Of a stretch of DNA of 64,000 nucleotides, positions 48,807-61,690 are shown piece after piece. Under the pieces are notes generated by a model. It was given only the letters and a program-made list of their open reading frames with translations, was not told the DNA's origin and did no database searches. The stretch spans positions 9,858,001 through 9,922,000 of the forward strand of contig NW_026889803.1 in assembly GCF_033153115.1 (NCBI RefSeq), given 5' to 3'. The first letter of the stretch is position 1, and each line of letters starts with the position of its first letter. Source of the stretch: Saccostrea echinata (lineage: Eukaryota). The translations under genes were made by a program, and so were the position numbers.

Positions 48807-51769
48807 TATTTACATTTTACAAGTTCAAAAGCAACAATATTATGCTCAATATCTGAATTTCTTGCTGCCCTATATCGTTACATTTTTATTAACGTCTCTG
48901 TAGCCTCATTGTGACGTCACTTTACCGCGAGTTTCACCATGTATATTTCTACGCGTGAGTATACACAAAAATAATTTAATTTTGTTTGTATTCTAGCCTC
49001 TGATTGGTTAATATCCAAAAAGGAACACAAATTATATCTGTATAACCTGGTTTGGTATGGGGACACACCCCCCTGACAACCAGCTGAATCGTCTGTATCC
49101 ATGCAATCCTCTCATTTCCAGTCCTCGGGATTCATGGAAAATTCCAGATTTAATAAATGTAAACAGTAACTCGGATCTTACTACATGTAAACAAAAAACA
49201 TGGCTGCTAGGACTATGTATCAGTTTTTACCTCCCCTTGCTTCCCATCACTTCCGTTACTAGGGTTGTATTATTGAGCGGCAAATTTGAACTAATAAAAA
49301 GCAACGAAATTTTACACCAACAGTAGTTTAATGATTTTAGAATTAAATTATAAGGAATGACTCTAATTCTTGGCCAAATTATTCGAGTATAACCTGGTTT
49401 GGGTCAGTTTACGCTGTTTTATAATCCGCTTCGCATAGTAATGTATGCATATATATATATATATGATGCACTGTATATATACCTAATATCAATGAAATAT
49501 GTCAATATTGTTCTGGAGCAGGCCTGCGCTCTATAAATTTTATAGTAAAAATTGAACAAATGTTGTCCATTTTTTCCTCTTTCTGAAAAACAACACAAAA
49601 TCCGAATAGTTTGTGACGTCATAGGAACAAAAATTGCTAATAACCTACTTTGAAACTATAATATTTTTTGTTAATTTAAATTTTTATACAATATATACAA
49701 TTCAGCACATTTCAAGATATATTCAAAATATGACTTTTGTGGGGGCAAAAATATGCATATACCGCATATAGTTCTTTTATAAAACTGTCTTTTCTTGTTT
49801 ATTTTACAGTTACTGTACTATTAACATATACGTCTATTTTCATGATTTCGATAAAAGAAGAAAAGAAAAAAAATGTCAATATTAATAACGATGTGAATAA
49901 TCCATTTATGCTGATTCCGTTGCCCCCCCCCCCCCCCTTCCCAATGTTGTTCAGGACCTGAATATATGTTTCATTACTTTCTAATTTGTTTATGTCAAAT
50001 TTAAAAAGTACTTTTTTATCCGTAAAAACATCCAACTGCAGTCCTTGCTGATATACATGATACGTGTTATACATTCAAATTTAAATTTTCACCATGACCT
50101 CATGAACGTTTCTCTAGTTAGATTGACTTTAAAAATACTTTGTTAATTAAAGGTGGAGTCGGTAAATAAAACAGTTCTTCTTCTCTTTTGATATGACTGG
50201 TAGAAAATGCATGATGTTAAAATTTTCAATTATTTCTTTGACTGAAATGCTGTTTATGGCCACGGAGATTATTTTCTGGGGAACTAATTTTCGTACTACT
50301 TAACAGTTTTTCAAGATTTTCATTCTTAAAAAAATCGACAAAACGAACGAAAGAAAATTGCAGTAAATGAAACTGAAACTTTCATATTTTATAGGAACTA
50401 AAACTATTGACTTTTCTAATTTTACATGATTATAACAGAAAGTTCTTTTTCTGCATGCACAGCAGCGGCCGATCTATTTGTGGTTATGTTAGAATGTGCA
50501 CATGGGGAAATGAGATGTTTTTTTTTCATTGCTTCGTTGGAATAATTCCTCATTGATCCATACATGAAAGTTATGATTAAAAGTTTTTAAAATTTTGCTT
50601 AATACTAAGTCTAAATGGTTGATATTATGTTTCAACTTGTTTTTAATTTCTCATCACATATTTATTAATTTTATGATTTTACAAAAATGTGTTTCATGAA
50701 CTGCTCCCCAACACGGGCGTGCGTAAGATATAAAACAAAACGTATTGAGTTTCCGGATATGAATAAACAGGGCCTAAAATAATAAATAAATTAGAATAAG
50801 AACTGAATTTTGTTTTGAATACACTACAGTTGCAAGTGACACAATGCAGTCTTTTTCCTGCACTTCACATACATATCTATCACACACTAATCGGCATTAT
50901 CACGTGACAAAGATCAAGGATATCAGCACGTGAAATTTGTACGATCTTTTTGTTTGCATGCAGACATTCATAATCAATTATTTTAGAAATGTTGCCTTTG
51001 TCCTTGAATCAAACAGTTTGATGATAATACATTCCTATCTTTTATCTCAGTCTGATTTTCATAATAATGAATTTATTGCTTTGGATAAATATTGATCACT
51101 GAAAATTAAAGTGTAAAAATAATGCACAGTAAAGTAAAGCAAGTGTAAAAATGTTTCATGTATTTTTTTCTAAATGGATTTTTTTCTATGACTCTTTCTC
51201 GTGAAAATACTTCAAAATGATGAAAGTATTTTTGCGGCCGATTTGATGCTTTGCATCAATTTAACCTGTTTTATATTGTTGGGTTAATGTCTGTAAAAAA
51301 AAAAAGCCAAGAACTATACAGTTTTCAAAAATAATACGGCCTTATAGGTGGATGTATAGCTGTACTAGTATATCAGTTTACAGTTCAAGGTTGTTGTTAA
51401 GGACAGCAAAGCTTTTTGGGGAAAAAAAGCTATACTTGTATTATCATTTTGTTGAACCACTGACATATGAAAAAGATATAACACCTGCTAAAAAAAAAGG
51501 AAAAAGAAATGTTTCGCTGGGTAGAACACACGTTTCATAATCTGATGCGAACCCGTCTAATTACTGCAAAACAGTTTCTAAAACTGTTCAAACTGCTAAC
51601 TACGAAGTAGTCAATATAGGCATTTTTTTTTCAATTAAATCAGCATCAAAGGCCTTCCTGTTTAAAGCTGATATTACAAATTACAAATTAATCACTCTCT
51701 CTCTTTTTATTCTTGCTTGTCAGATATTTCAATTAATTGAAAAAATTTAGCGTATTAGTGATTTTTTTA

Positions 51770-52740
51770 AATTGGTAATTCCAACTTTAATCTTGGCTTT
51801 TCCGACTTTAATCTTGGCTTTTCCAGCTTTAAAGTTGGTAATTCCAACTTCTAAAATGGTAATTCCAATTTAATCTTGGCTTTTCCAACTTCTTCTAGCC
51901 CTTTTCCTTAGCTTTTTTTAAATTACCAATTTTATAAATGCAAAATTAATACACTGAAATAGACTGGTGAGCAATTAATCTGTGTCAATTATTTTTAACC
52001 TTGTCCTTCCCCATGACCTCACATATAACTTCCAACTTTTAATTAAAAACCCTTATTTTCTTTTGGTCCATCTTATATAATTATATAGAGAATAACTTCC
52101 TACAACTCCATACATGGCAGGATTTCAACCAAGCCTATTTAAGAGATCAGCCATATATTTTGTTTTGTATGAGAGAATAAGAGTAAACAAATGAGAGCAT
52201 TATAAGGTGTTTGCTATATAGGATGAATCAACACTATATATTACACGCTACAAATACAACAGAAATAAATGTATCAATTCTGTATATAAAAACAAAATGA
52301 AATAATTCCTTCTTTCATCATAATTTAATGATTACTTTCTTTCCATTGTAATTACATAATTATATAAAACGGCAACACGAGTCCAGCTACAAAGTATCTG
52401 AATATACATGTATAAAGCCATACAAAGATGGAAAGGACAAGATTAAAGTTGAAAAAACCAAAATTAAAGTTGGAATTTCCAACTTTAAAGTTAGAAAAGC
52501 CAAGGTTACATGTAAAGTTCTAAAAGTAAAGATTTAAGTTGGAATTACCAACATAAAGGGAAATTACCAACTTTAAAGTTGGAAATATCAAGATTAAAGT
52601 TGGAATTACCAACATAAAGTTGAAATTACCAACATAAAGTTCAAATTACCAACTTTAAAGTTGGAAAAGTAACTTTAAAGTTGGTAAAGCAACTTTAAAG
52701 TTGGAAAAGCCAAACTTATATAATTAAAGTTGGAATTTCT
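51770..52740. mobile_element. Foldback-like element whose inverted arms are tandem arrays
   Basis: Left arm (TTCCAACTTTAATCTTGG)n at 51770-51890 and right arm (AAGATTAAAGTTGGAA..ACCAA)n at 52440-52740. Confidence 0.7.
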
Positions 52741-53036
52741 GTAGTGGTAAAACATCAAAAAATTTCAGACTTTACATAGTATCATTTCTATAATGCTTCC
52801 ACGATAAAGCCTACATGTACATGTAGTACTATAATTGTGAATGGAAGATTAAAATCGAGGAATCTGAAATTGGCAACAGATTCTGGCAAAGAAAAAACAA
52901 CAACAACAACAACAAAAATTAAACAAGAAAAGAAAAACAAAACAAAACAAACAAACAAAACAAAAACAAAACATACAGCCAATCCCCCAAAATAATCTGA
53001 AAAATATGCAACGGACATATAAGCGCCCCGACTTAA

Positions 53037-53601
53037 AGGGACCTGGACAATATTTGCATTGTTTACATTTTAAATGTCTATGCTTATTCAAAAAATTTAA
53101 CCAGTAAAATGAATTGAACTTACATGAATATTCTAAGAATTCAATGACAATGCCATTCTTTACGTCACGTCAAATATCTGTTTTTGTAAACAGGGCACGA
53201 GCTCTGTTATTGTTAATGTTTACGTTTTACCGGATGTATTCAATTTGTTAAACTCTGTACACATCATTGAGCTCGGACTGACGATATTGGGCTGCTTTGC
53301 TTTCTTACATTTCTACTCTGAATTTTCTGAATTATAGTTTTAATATTTTTCATTAATACACAATAAAATTTCTAATTTTCTTAAGTATTATATGGATAAA
53401 GTTTACTTCGTGAGGAGCAAGGATGTGTGTCAACCAAACGCGTCCCGAAAATCGTAGTTTTAATAATTTCCATAGATAAAAGAAGTTTCTGAACACTTTT
53501 TTATTATATTTCCTGCTAAATGCTTTAGCAACATACAAGTCATGATAATAAGTACAGAAAATTTGAGAAAATATTAACTTCAAATCTATGTCCAAGCCCC
53601 T
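53037..53601. mobile_element. Non-autonomous Kolobok-like element
   Basis: TTAA|AGGGACCTGGACA ... TGTCCAAGCCCCT|TTAA. Confidence 0.75.
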
Positions 53602-54719
53602 TTAACAGCACTTTTTAAACTCACATGGTTTTTCGCACAAATTAACGTCACATTGTTACAATGCGATATTTTGTAACGAGACAGCAAATATATTTTAAAA
53701 ATGATTGTTCATCTTATTTTTTTATTTCACTAACTAAAACACAATTCACAGATAATAATTGGTAGGACTTTGATATACTCTTGGATGATAAATTATAACA
53801 TTTCCTAAATTGTTTTTGTGGTTTCCTGCCTATTGCAGCTGTCCTGTATCCGTTCTCTTTAAAGCAAGAGCTTTTTGCAGAAATACAGTTCTTCATTTTA
53901 ATCTTTCTTATGACTTTTATGGAATTGTTGTTTCATGTTTCATTATTCAATCCTTTTCTTCAACTCTTTTCCTGCAATGCTAAATTCTTGAAGATTCTCT
54001 CTAGATTATGGATGAATTTTTTTGCCTCGCCTAGACACAGACATACAGCTCCTGTAACTTGTATTTTCTGTTCATTAACATGATTCCATAGCGCAAGATG
54101 ATAACAGTATTTCTCATCTGTCCGACTTCTTTCTGTGTTAAAAAGCTGGCATTTTTCAGTCACTTCCTGAAAACTAGCATCATAAAAGATCCGTACCACT
54201 GCAAAATTACAAAGTTTCAAAAACCTAAATACCTATGGTAGAATTATATAGTTGTACCATTCTATTGATAAACTCCCCTTTAAAACATCGACTTTGAAAC
54301 TTGAGATAATAATTTTAAAGGACATGTACTCTTGACATGAGATATGTAATACATCTCAGGATTATGTTGTCATACTAAAGTTAGATAGTGCTAATTCTTA
54401 TTGCAAGAAGAATGTGATCTTAATTTGTGCAATAACAGCTATACAAGCGTTTATATATTATTTAATCTTTCATTAATTAGAGCTTCATTGAGGACACTGA
54501 GGAAAATCTAACTGCTCATTTCTTCCTCATCCCGCTTCCTTCTAAATGTTTGGAACATATATGTAAGGGTTGAATATTTTGTATATATTGAAACATAATT
54601 TCCATTTATTTAAGAGTGGAATTTGTCCTTATTCATGACCTTCACATATCCTTGAAGAGTTACATGTATCTCCTTCTCTTCTTAATAAAAAAAATCAACT
54701 GGTAAAAAATCTATGGAGG

Positions 54720-55525
54720 AGAGAGCATCCCCTGCCGACCGGTCACACCCGCCGTTTGCTCCTTGTCATGATCGGGAAAAAAACAAACCTGAAAAATCCG
54801 TTGACAGTTCATTATATAGATAATGGCCTAACAACTAGTATGAAAAACGTCAGTTAGTATTTGACTCAATGATAGGTTGAATGCGCTGAAAAGGTCATTG
54901 TATCGACCGTAAAACTTGCAAAAAGACGACTTCAAACGTTGATAATTATCCTTGTTTCAACAACTTGTTTGTCAATAGCTTGCCTCGTTTTAGAAATTGT
55001 TCATACATGCTCGCTTGCGTATCGAATCAACTGAGAGACATAAACCCCATATGTAGGTGATAAGGGCATATTGCTACGTAAGTAAGTGAAGTTTACGATT
55101 GAAAAGTTGAAGTCATCACGTTTATCATAATGGTTTGTTGTTAGGTTACCATTAACGTCTTTTTCTAGTAAAATATCTAAATATGAAAATTAAACAGATC
55201 TGTCAGATTCAGTGGTATCTGTCAGATTCAGTGGTATCTTTTCTTTCAAGCTCATTGGGATATATCGAGTTGACATATGAATGAAAGTAACTACATGTAC
55301 ATGTATTGTTAATTGATAATACGTCGTCGATATATAGAAATGTCGAGTTGAAGGCCACAACAAGTGTTTTCTTCTTCTCATGTAGACGTTTTTGAATAAA
55401 TTCTGCTTCATATGAATACAAAAATAGGTCTGCTAATAAGGAGGCGCAATTGGTGCCCATGGGAATTCCAAAAGATTGTTGGAAGACCTGATCTCCAAAA
55501 ACAACATAGACATTGTCAATCAGAA
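54720..55525 (-). mobile_element. Degenerate Penelope-like RT fragment
   Basis: LIDNVYVVFGDQVFQQSFGIPMGTNCASLLADLFLY...YIDDVLSINN, frameshifted downstream. Confidence 0.8.
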
Positions 55526-55529
55526 ACGA

Positions 55530-56420
55530 TAAATCCTCACTGCTCAAAGGTCCTGAGTGCCGAGTAAAGCCCTTCATAGGTATATGGTGCCGTCTCTATG
55601 TGAGTGAATAATTCTCGAAAAGGACTTAAAACAACACACAATCAATCAGTCAATCCCTTCACGCTTAATTGAGCGTTTAAAGTTAATTTGAAAGGTTGAG
55701 GTAGCATTATCTTTCAGTGGACCCAAGGGGTACAAGGAGCAAATACTTAGATATAAACCAAAGCAAACACAGAAAGAATCCTGGGTCCACTCTTGTGTTA
55801 TGTCCAGTCAGGACTATACTTAACTTTTTACCAGCACATGATCTAATTAATTCATTGTTCTGATTCGCTTACTAATAGTAGTTTAATGAAATTAGTAGAA
55901 TAATGTAATCAGATTTGATTACGTAAAATAACTATCATCATGTGATGTTTTGAGAGAACAGATTAAGAACAATTATTTTTGGAATAAAAAAATAAAATCT
56001 TACTAATTTTCTTTATATTTGAGTTTACATAGAGAATATGAAGAACATCATAGGTAAAAAGAAAAAAAAATCCTGAAGAAGGAACAGATTTTTCACCAGT
56101 TAAGAAAAAATTACGCACTTCATCATCAACATTAGACACAGTAAGTGAGGAGACAAGTTCCAGTACAAGCTCTATTGGTGGTCTGTCATCAAATGTATAT
56201 GCCCAGCATGTTGGAGAACTGCTAGCGTATTTGGAAAGTTCTTTTTTAAAACGAGGCCTACTTGGAATGGTCACACAAAAGACAAATGTAAGTGAAAACT
56301 TGAGTAACATTTAATCTGAGTCAATATTACAGTCCCTGAAAACTCTCCCACATGATAGGTCAGCGAACGCTGAACAATTGGTGAGTGAACGGTGAGTGAA
56401 TGGTCTTTGAACACTGAAAG
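55530..56420 (+). pseudogene. Inverted duplicate of ~39520-40430, containing an orphan copy of nuclease exon 4 (56054-56287)
   Basis: Introns, a SINE piece and the exon all align. The exon is open (78 codons) with intact AG and GTAAGT sites. No other exons of the gene were found on the plus strand. Confidence 0.85.
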
Positions 56421-56451
56421 TAAATACAGAGCGCAAACAGAGAGTGAAAGT

Positions 56452-56657
56452 TGCGGGTCCTTCGGATGAGACCTTAAAAACCGAGGCCCCGTGTCACGGT
56501 AGGCGTTGGCACGATAAAGATCCCTCAATGCTCAATGACCCTGAGTGCCGAATAAAGGTCTTAATTTGAAGCCCTTCACCGGTATATGGTGACGTCTCTA
56601 TATGAGTGAAAAATTCTCGAATTGGACGTAAAACAGCATACAATCAATCAATCAATA
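56452..56657 (+). mobile_element. 5'-truncated SINE
   Basis: GGTCCTTCGGATGAGAC core and (CAAT)n tail. Confidence 0.85.
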
Positions 56658-56712
56658 TGCTCTCACTAAAGTGACATCATATTCCATTTATATGTCCTAT
56701 CTAGAGGAGTCC

Positions 56713-56783
56713 TAGTCCGAAATATCTGGCACGTAAAAAAAAAAGGTGAAAAACGCCTGGAAAACATCAGGTATTTCGGACTA
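56713..56783. mobile_element. 71-bp MITE with 9-bp TSD
   Basis: TAGTCCGAAATA / TATTTCGGACTA flanked by GAGGAGTCC on both sides. Confidence 0.75.
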
Positions 56784-57158
56784 GAGGAGTCCCTGCTGTT
56801 ATAGGGCCTACTGTTTGCATATAAAAGCGAATTGACTTTTGAAATTAATTTTGAAACAAGTAAAGATGAACTTTATTACATTTTCATCAGTGAAATACTG
56901 TGATTTATTTATTGAATAAAAGTGATATTCTCTCAGTGTGAAAGGATATCAAAATGATATTCTCTCACAGTGTGAAAGGATATCAAAGTAAGTAAAAAAA
57001 TAATTTCTGGCCTGTCATAAGATAGAGATAGTAACTAACCATCTTGATAGAGCTAAAACTGCAAATTTCTTCCCAAATATGTTGCTAAAATCCATACTAT
57101 GTAATGTTTTCAATCTCACAACTGCTAAGCTATGACCTCTCAACTATGACGTCAAGCT

Positions 57159-57236
57159 CGTGAGACAGGATTTTTTTGATATTTTCACTCGTGCTTCGCA
57201 CTCGTGAAAATATCAAAAAATCCTGTCCCACTCGTG
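57159..57236. repeat. Palindromic hairpin element
   Basis: GACAGGATTTTTTTGATATTTTCAC ... GTGAAAATATCAAAAAATCCTGTC. Confidence 0.8.
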
Positions 57237-57867
57237 AAATAATTCCATATTCATCTACAAAACATTGAATATCCTCTATTTATTCACTTAAAATGTAAAT
57301 CTGAAAATATAAATATAAGCATTGGATTGTTATTTTTTTGACATGCTTTGTTTCATAAGAAGTAAAATAATGTTTGCTTGCCCTCTCCAGACTCAGGATA
57401 AAAAAATGGGTAGGTAGGTAGATAATATTCTTTTTTAGATTTAAAAAATCTTCAGAATATGAAGTTAAAACAGTTATTAATGGGATGAGAAAATTTCGGA
57501 AAGAATGAATTGTTTTCTGGAGGTTTAAAAAAAGTTTTGATTCGGTCCGTTTAAGTCAGTCGGACAGGAGAGGGCAAACAATCATTTTTTTTTTAAAAAA
57601 AGATAGCCTTTAGAAAAAAAGTGAAAAGTCAAATCACAATTACGATAAATCTTTTTTATTGATATTTCATTTAATATTATAATTATCGTATACTTCATGT
57701 AAAATCTCCACAAATCGTAAAAATCCCACAAAGATTGAAATTGATCATCTATGAAATAGCATGTATATATACCAAAGAGGTTAAAATTGATCAATTTTTC
57801 ATTAAAAAAATGATCAATTCTTCATTAAAAAATACAATTTTTCTATATGAGTGAGTTTTGGCTCTGG

Positions 57868-58102
57868 TGGGTTCAAATCCCACTGTGGGAACTGGAGAAG
57901 GGTTCTTCCGATTAGCCTGTTTAAACGGAGGCCCCGTGTTGCAGAAGGTGCTGGCACAAAAAAGATCCCTCACCGCTCAATGGCCCTCAGTGCCAAGTAT
58001 AGGGCCTAGGTTAAAATTTGCAGCCCTCCACCGGCAAGTGGTGGCGTCTCCATATGAGTGAAAATCTCTCGAGAGGGACGTTAAACAACAAACAAATAAA
58101 CA
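57868..58102 (+). mobile_element. SINE (B box to tail)
   Basis: GGTTCAAATCCCACTGTGGGA, core, and (CAAA)n tail. Confidence 0.85.
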
Positions 58103-58751
58103 CAAGCAATACCATGTTACATATATCACGTATCATTGGAAGTAGGGCAAAACGTTCTATTATTAGTCATTCAAAAATTCAATTAAAGGATTTTGGATGG
58201 CGCTTCACAAATGACCAAGCCCTGATTCCAGAGTAAAGAAGCATAAATGAAATAAAATGTCATTAATATGTTGAGCTTCTTTGGAGTAAAATTTTACCAT
58301 CATAACAGTACACGAATATGATTTCATCAGAAGTTACACTTTACAACTATTCTGAATAAAGAGTGCAAACTTGACTTCAGCAATATCTATTAGACAAATT
58401 ATCATGATATTCGAATTCAGATTGTTGTCACAAAGTTTATCTCTTTAGTTATTATCATGGTGTCAAGATAAGAATATTTATAATTAAAATTTAAAACAAT
58501 ATTGAATTTTTTTTAAAATTGTTGAATTTTCATGATTTTTTAAATAAATTAAACTTTGACTTATTCCCATCATATTCATATCTAAGTATGTTGTTGCATT
58601 TTTGGTATTTCAGTGAGGTAAAAAGAGGTCCCATGTAGCATATTTTGGATTAATCAAATACCACACACATAAAAATTTTAATTATTTGACTAAATATAGG
58701 AATATTTTTAGAATATTTAGCTTACAGATGATTTCACAGAAATCAAATAAT

Positions 58752-60377
58752 TTATTCTGTATATTTGATGACCGTCACATTTCCACTCTTGTACTCCCCC
58801 ACCCACAGTCTTCCCAGTGAGTCCACACTCAGTGCTCCACAGAAATCCAGACTACGGAGAAACTGACCGTCCTGATCAATGATGTGGGTACAGGAATTCC
58901 CGATATCCTTTACTATTATACGACCAGCAGAGTCTGTAACAATACTGGTAGGATTAAACTGCTTCTTCATCGATTGTTGTCCTTTATATCGGAATCGGAG
59001 TTTTCCTACCTTGTTCACCACAACAACATCCTTGCCATTGCAATCAGAGGCACATATATCACCGTTGTTGTTCTCCGCCACAAAGAGCATCTTATCTCCT
59101 TCTTTATATAGTGGGTTACCTTGGTCGTCCTTCTCTATCTCCTGCTTTATTGTTTGACTTTCATAGCGGACAATTTTATAATGTTCACCATTAGATGTGC
59201 GCATACTAACCAGTAAGTCACCAGATTGTGTGCAACACAGTCCTCCTGCTTTCCATCCCTGTGGTGCTGTGATATGTGCTGTTGTATGGTGGACATCATA
59301 AATTACTTTATTTACTACATCAGTGTATAGCAGATGTCCTTCTTTTGAAATTGAAATGTCACCAGGATAATTTAGACAAGTGGAAGTAACGGTCTCCTGT
59401 ACAGAACCCTGTATGTTAAAACGAGTAATGGTTTTATTCCTCCCCGTTATCCACACCTCCTCTGTATTAGCACATGCCATCCTCATCAACGGTGTTATTC
59501 CAGTGTGGAAGGCTGAGATTTCCACGGCCTTGTCTAGGAGCTCATTGGATACATCTAATCTGTAGATCGGTTCTGTTTGGATCTTGGGTTCCTTTAGTTT
59601 TCCGAAAACGTGGTAAAGTTTGCCTTTATCTATGTCCTTGGACACGAACATTGGTAGTTCCAGTTCTATATGTAAAGGAAGCTTAAGATACTTCTGAACA
59701 TTGCTTTCATATTTTGTGATGTAACCAACATTCTTGGATTGAGAGATCTCTTTGTTTTGCAGAGAAATTTCATTAAGGCTTGCAAGAACATTTTTGATCT
59801 CCTTCTGGTATTCTTTTGATTTCTTGATGCCATTTCCTCTCATTTCTGCAATATCTCTCTTGTTCTTTGCAACAATTTCTTCAATAAATCGCTGCCATTT
59901 TTGTCCATGCTCTGTAACTGATTGTTCTAATTCGTCACATTTAGCATTTAAAGTCGCTAATTTGGATTCTATTTCTGTATCTGCTTTTTCAAATTTTGGA
60001 ATGATATCGTCTTTTAGATAAGCTGTGTCCTTCTCCACAAGCTTTTTCATGTCATCAACGATGTCCTTAATTTCAATAATTCTATGACCGTTATGGGCTC
60101 CGCTGAGACATTTAAAGCAAACTTCTACATCACAATTCTGACATTTAACAGTGCACTTTTCGCCACTATGGGCTTTGCAGTTTGGAAATGAAAGGTGGAA
60201 TTTTCTCTCTCGGTATTTGACAACCTCGTGATTAGAGGATGATGACGTCATATAGTGTTTTCCGACACATTCTTCGCATAAGTTGACCTGGCAGGGATTA
60301 CAGTGAAGGAGGGCGGGTCTCCTGTCACAGTAGTGACAAAGGATGACTTCCTGTGCTTTAGTTGTACCGGTGGCCAT
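58752..60377 (-). CDS. TRIM-like copy 3, intact: RING-less B-box1/B-box2/coiled-coil/NHL-like beta-propeller protein, 541 aa
   Basis: CHYC..HCNPC..LCEEC..H and CKAH..C..CQNC..VCFKC..HNGH B-boxes, a heptad region, and propeller repeats. One coding exon with an acceptor at ~60413; ATG at 60377 (the track starts at an upstream TTG). Confidence 0.95.
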   Translation of the reverse strand: MATGTTKAQEVILCHYCDRRPALLHCNPCQVNLCEECVGKHYMTSSSSNHEVVKYRERKFHLSFPNCKAHSGEKCTVKCQNCDVEVCFKCLSGAHNGHRIIEIKDIVDDMKKLVEKDTAYLKDDIIPKFEKADTEIESKLATLNAKCDELEQSVTEHGQKWQRFIEEIVAKNKRDIAEMRGNGIKKSKEYQKEIKNVLASLNEISLQNKEISQSKNVGYITKYESNVQKYLKLPLHIELELPMFVSKDIDKGKLYHVFGKLKEPKIQTEPIYRLDVSNELLDKAVEISAFHTGITPLMRMACANTEEVWITGRNKTITRFNIQGSVQETVTSTCLNYPGDISISKEGHLLYTDVVNKVIYDVHHTTAHITAPQGWKAGGLCCTQSGDLLVSMRTSNGEHYKIVRYESQTIKQEIEKDDQGNPLYKEGDKMLFVAENNNGDICASDCNGKDVVVVNKVGKLRFRYKGQQSMKKQFNPTSIVTDSAGRIIVKDIGNSCTHIIDQDGQFLRSLDFCGALSVDSLGRLWVGEYKSGNVTVIKYTE

Positions 60378-60639
60378 CTTTGGCAATGTTACAAAGTTCC
60401 TACCAATTCAATCTAAATACAGTTAAATTACTCAATAAATTCTCAGTTCAGGTCTTAATATGTGTAACTTTTGCTTAAAATTCCATTCAAAGGAGGGGAG
60501 TACAAGTTAATTTACAAAACCTTAATCTTTAACTGTTTAATGAAGAGGTTCACGTGTATAATTGCATTTTTCATGAACTGTGTATGTGTTTCACGTAATG
60601 TACTGTATTCAATTATCTTCTCTATTGAGAAGACATCTC

Positions 60640-61490
60640 TATATTACTCTCCCTCAAGAAGTAATAACTCCTTGTTGGGGAGTAACAATGAGCCGTAAAC
60701 TTCTCAATAGATAATATTAAATGAGTAGTTAACTTCTTAATAGAGAATACATTCCATTAAGTTTTTGATAATGCAGATGTTTTGTTTGTAGGAACAGTTT
60801 TAATAGTGTCCAAAGTTGTCCCTAATTGATGTTGCCTGTGAACCCCCCCCCCCCCCAGTAAATAATATGAAGTTGAACAAAAAAGGAACTGTTTGACTGG
60901 ATAGTTTTCCTTGTAAGAGATCTATATTTAATATATTATACAAATTTAAAAAATTTAAAAAGTGCACTTTGCAATAGCAGATTTCTTTTACAATAAATCT
61001 AGCCTCTTACACGAGTATTCAGAGGCAAAATATGATATTATTCAAATTATTTCACATATGTTTATGAAGTGCAAGCTAGAATTCAAACTTCAAAGTACAG
61101 GCACTGCATAAACATTTACATTCGTTTTCGCTTTCAGTGTTATTTTTATATTTATTGAGATTTTAAATGCTAGCTTGCACTTCATAAACATATATTAAAC
61201 ATATATAGAATAATTTGAATATCATTTGCCTTTCAATACTTGTGGATAAAAGGGTTAGATTTTTTAAAAAAATATTCTGTACAAAGAGCATTTTAATTTG
61301 TTATTTTGTATATAGAATATCTCTTTCTTAGAAAACTGTTAAGTCAAAGTTTGTTATTACTTCATTACTATGATGTGCAGGGTGTAACTCTGAGAGTATT
61401 CTCTATTTGAGAAGTTGATGGCTCGTTTTATACTCCCCCTCAGATACTTCCCCTTGAGCAGAGGGCTGAGTATAAAACGAGCCATCAATG
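60640..61490. mobile_element. Long imperfect foldback in intron 1 of TRIM copy 3
   Basis: Several mirrored blocks, e.g. ATGTTTATGAAGTGCAAGCTAG / CTAGCTTGCACTTCATAAACAT and GAGCCGTAAACTTCTCAATAGA / TCTATTTGAGAAGTTGATGGCTC. Confidence 0.75.
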
Positions 61491-61567
61491 GTGCGGGATT
61501 ACAATTTTATGTTACCCTAAAACATGTAATATTTCTAGAATACACGTATCAAATTTAAAAAAATATT

Positions 61568-61690
61568 ATTACCTTTCTGTTTTCATGTCGGCCTGCTTCA
61601 TTGTTCGATCGTCGCAAAATTAACTTTCGGTTTGAAAAGCTATTTTATATTTTTATATGTAGAGTTGTCTCGCCTGCTATGCATTTTTTA
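61568..61690 (-). promoter_or_regulatory. Probable non-coding first exon and promoter of TRIM copy 3
   Basis: AAG|GTAATA donor at ~61572, paralogous blocks at 26091 and 31486, and an IRF-like ACTTTCGGTTT. Confidence 0.5.

Noticed and set aside
52788-53091. Hydrophobic, TM-like ORFs
   Set aside because: Derived from (CAA)n/(CAAAA)n microsatellite.
58879-60021. Plus-strand ORFs within TRIM copy 3 (and similar ones in copies 1 and 2)
   Set aside because: Antisense shadows of the coding strand.
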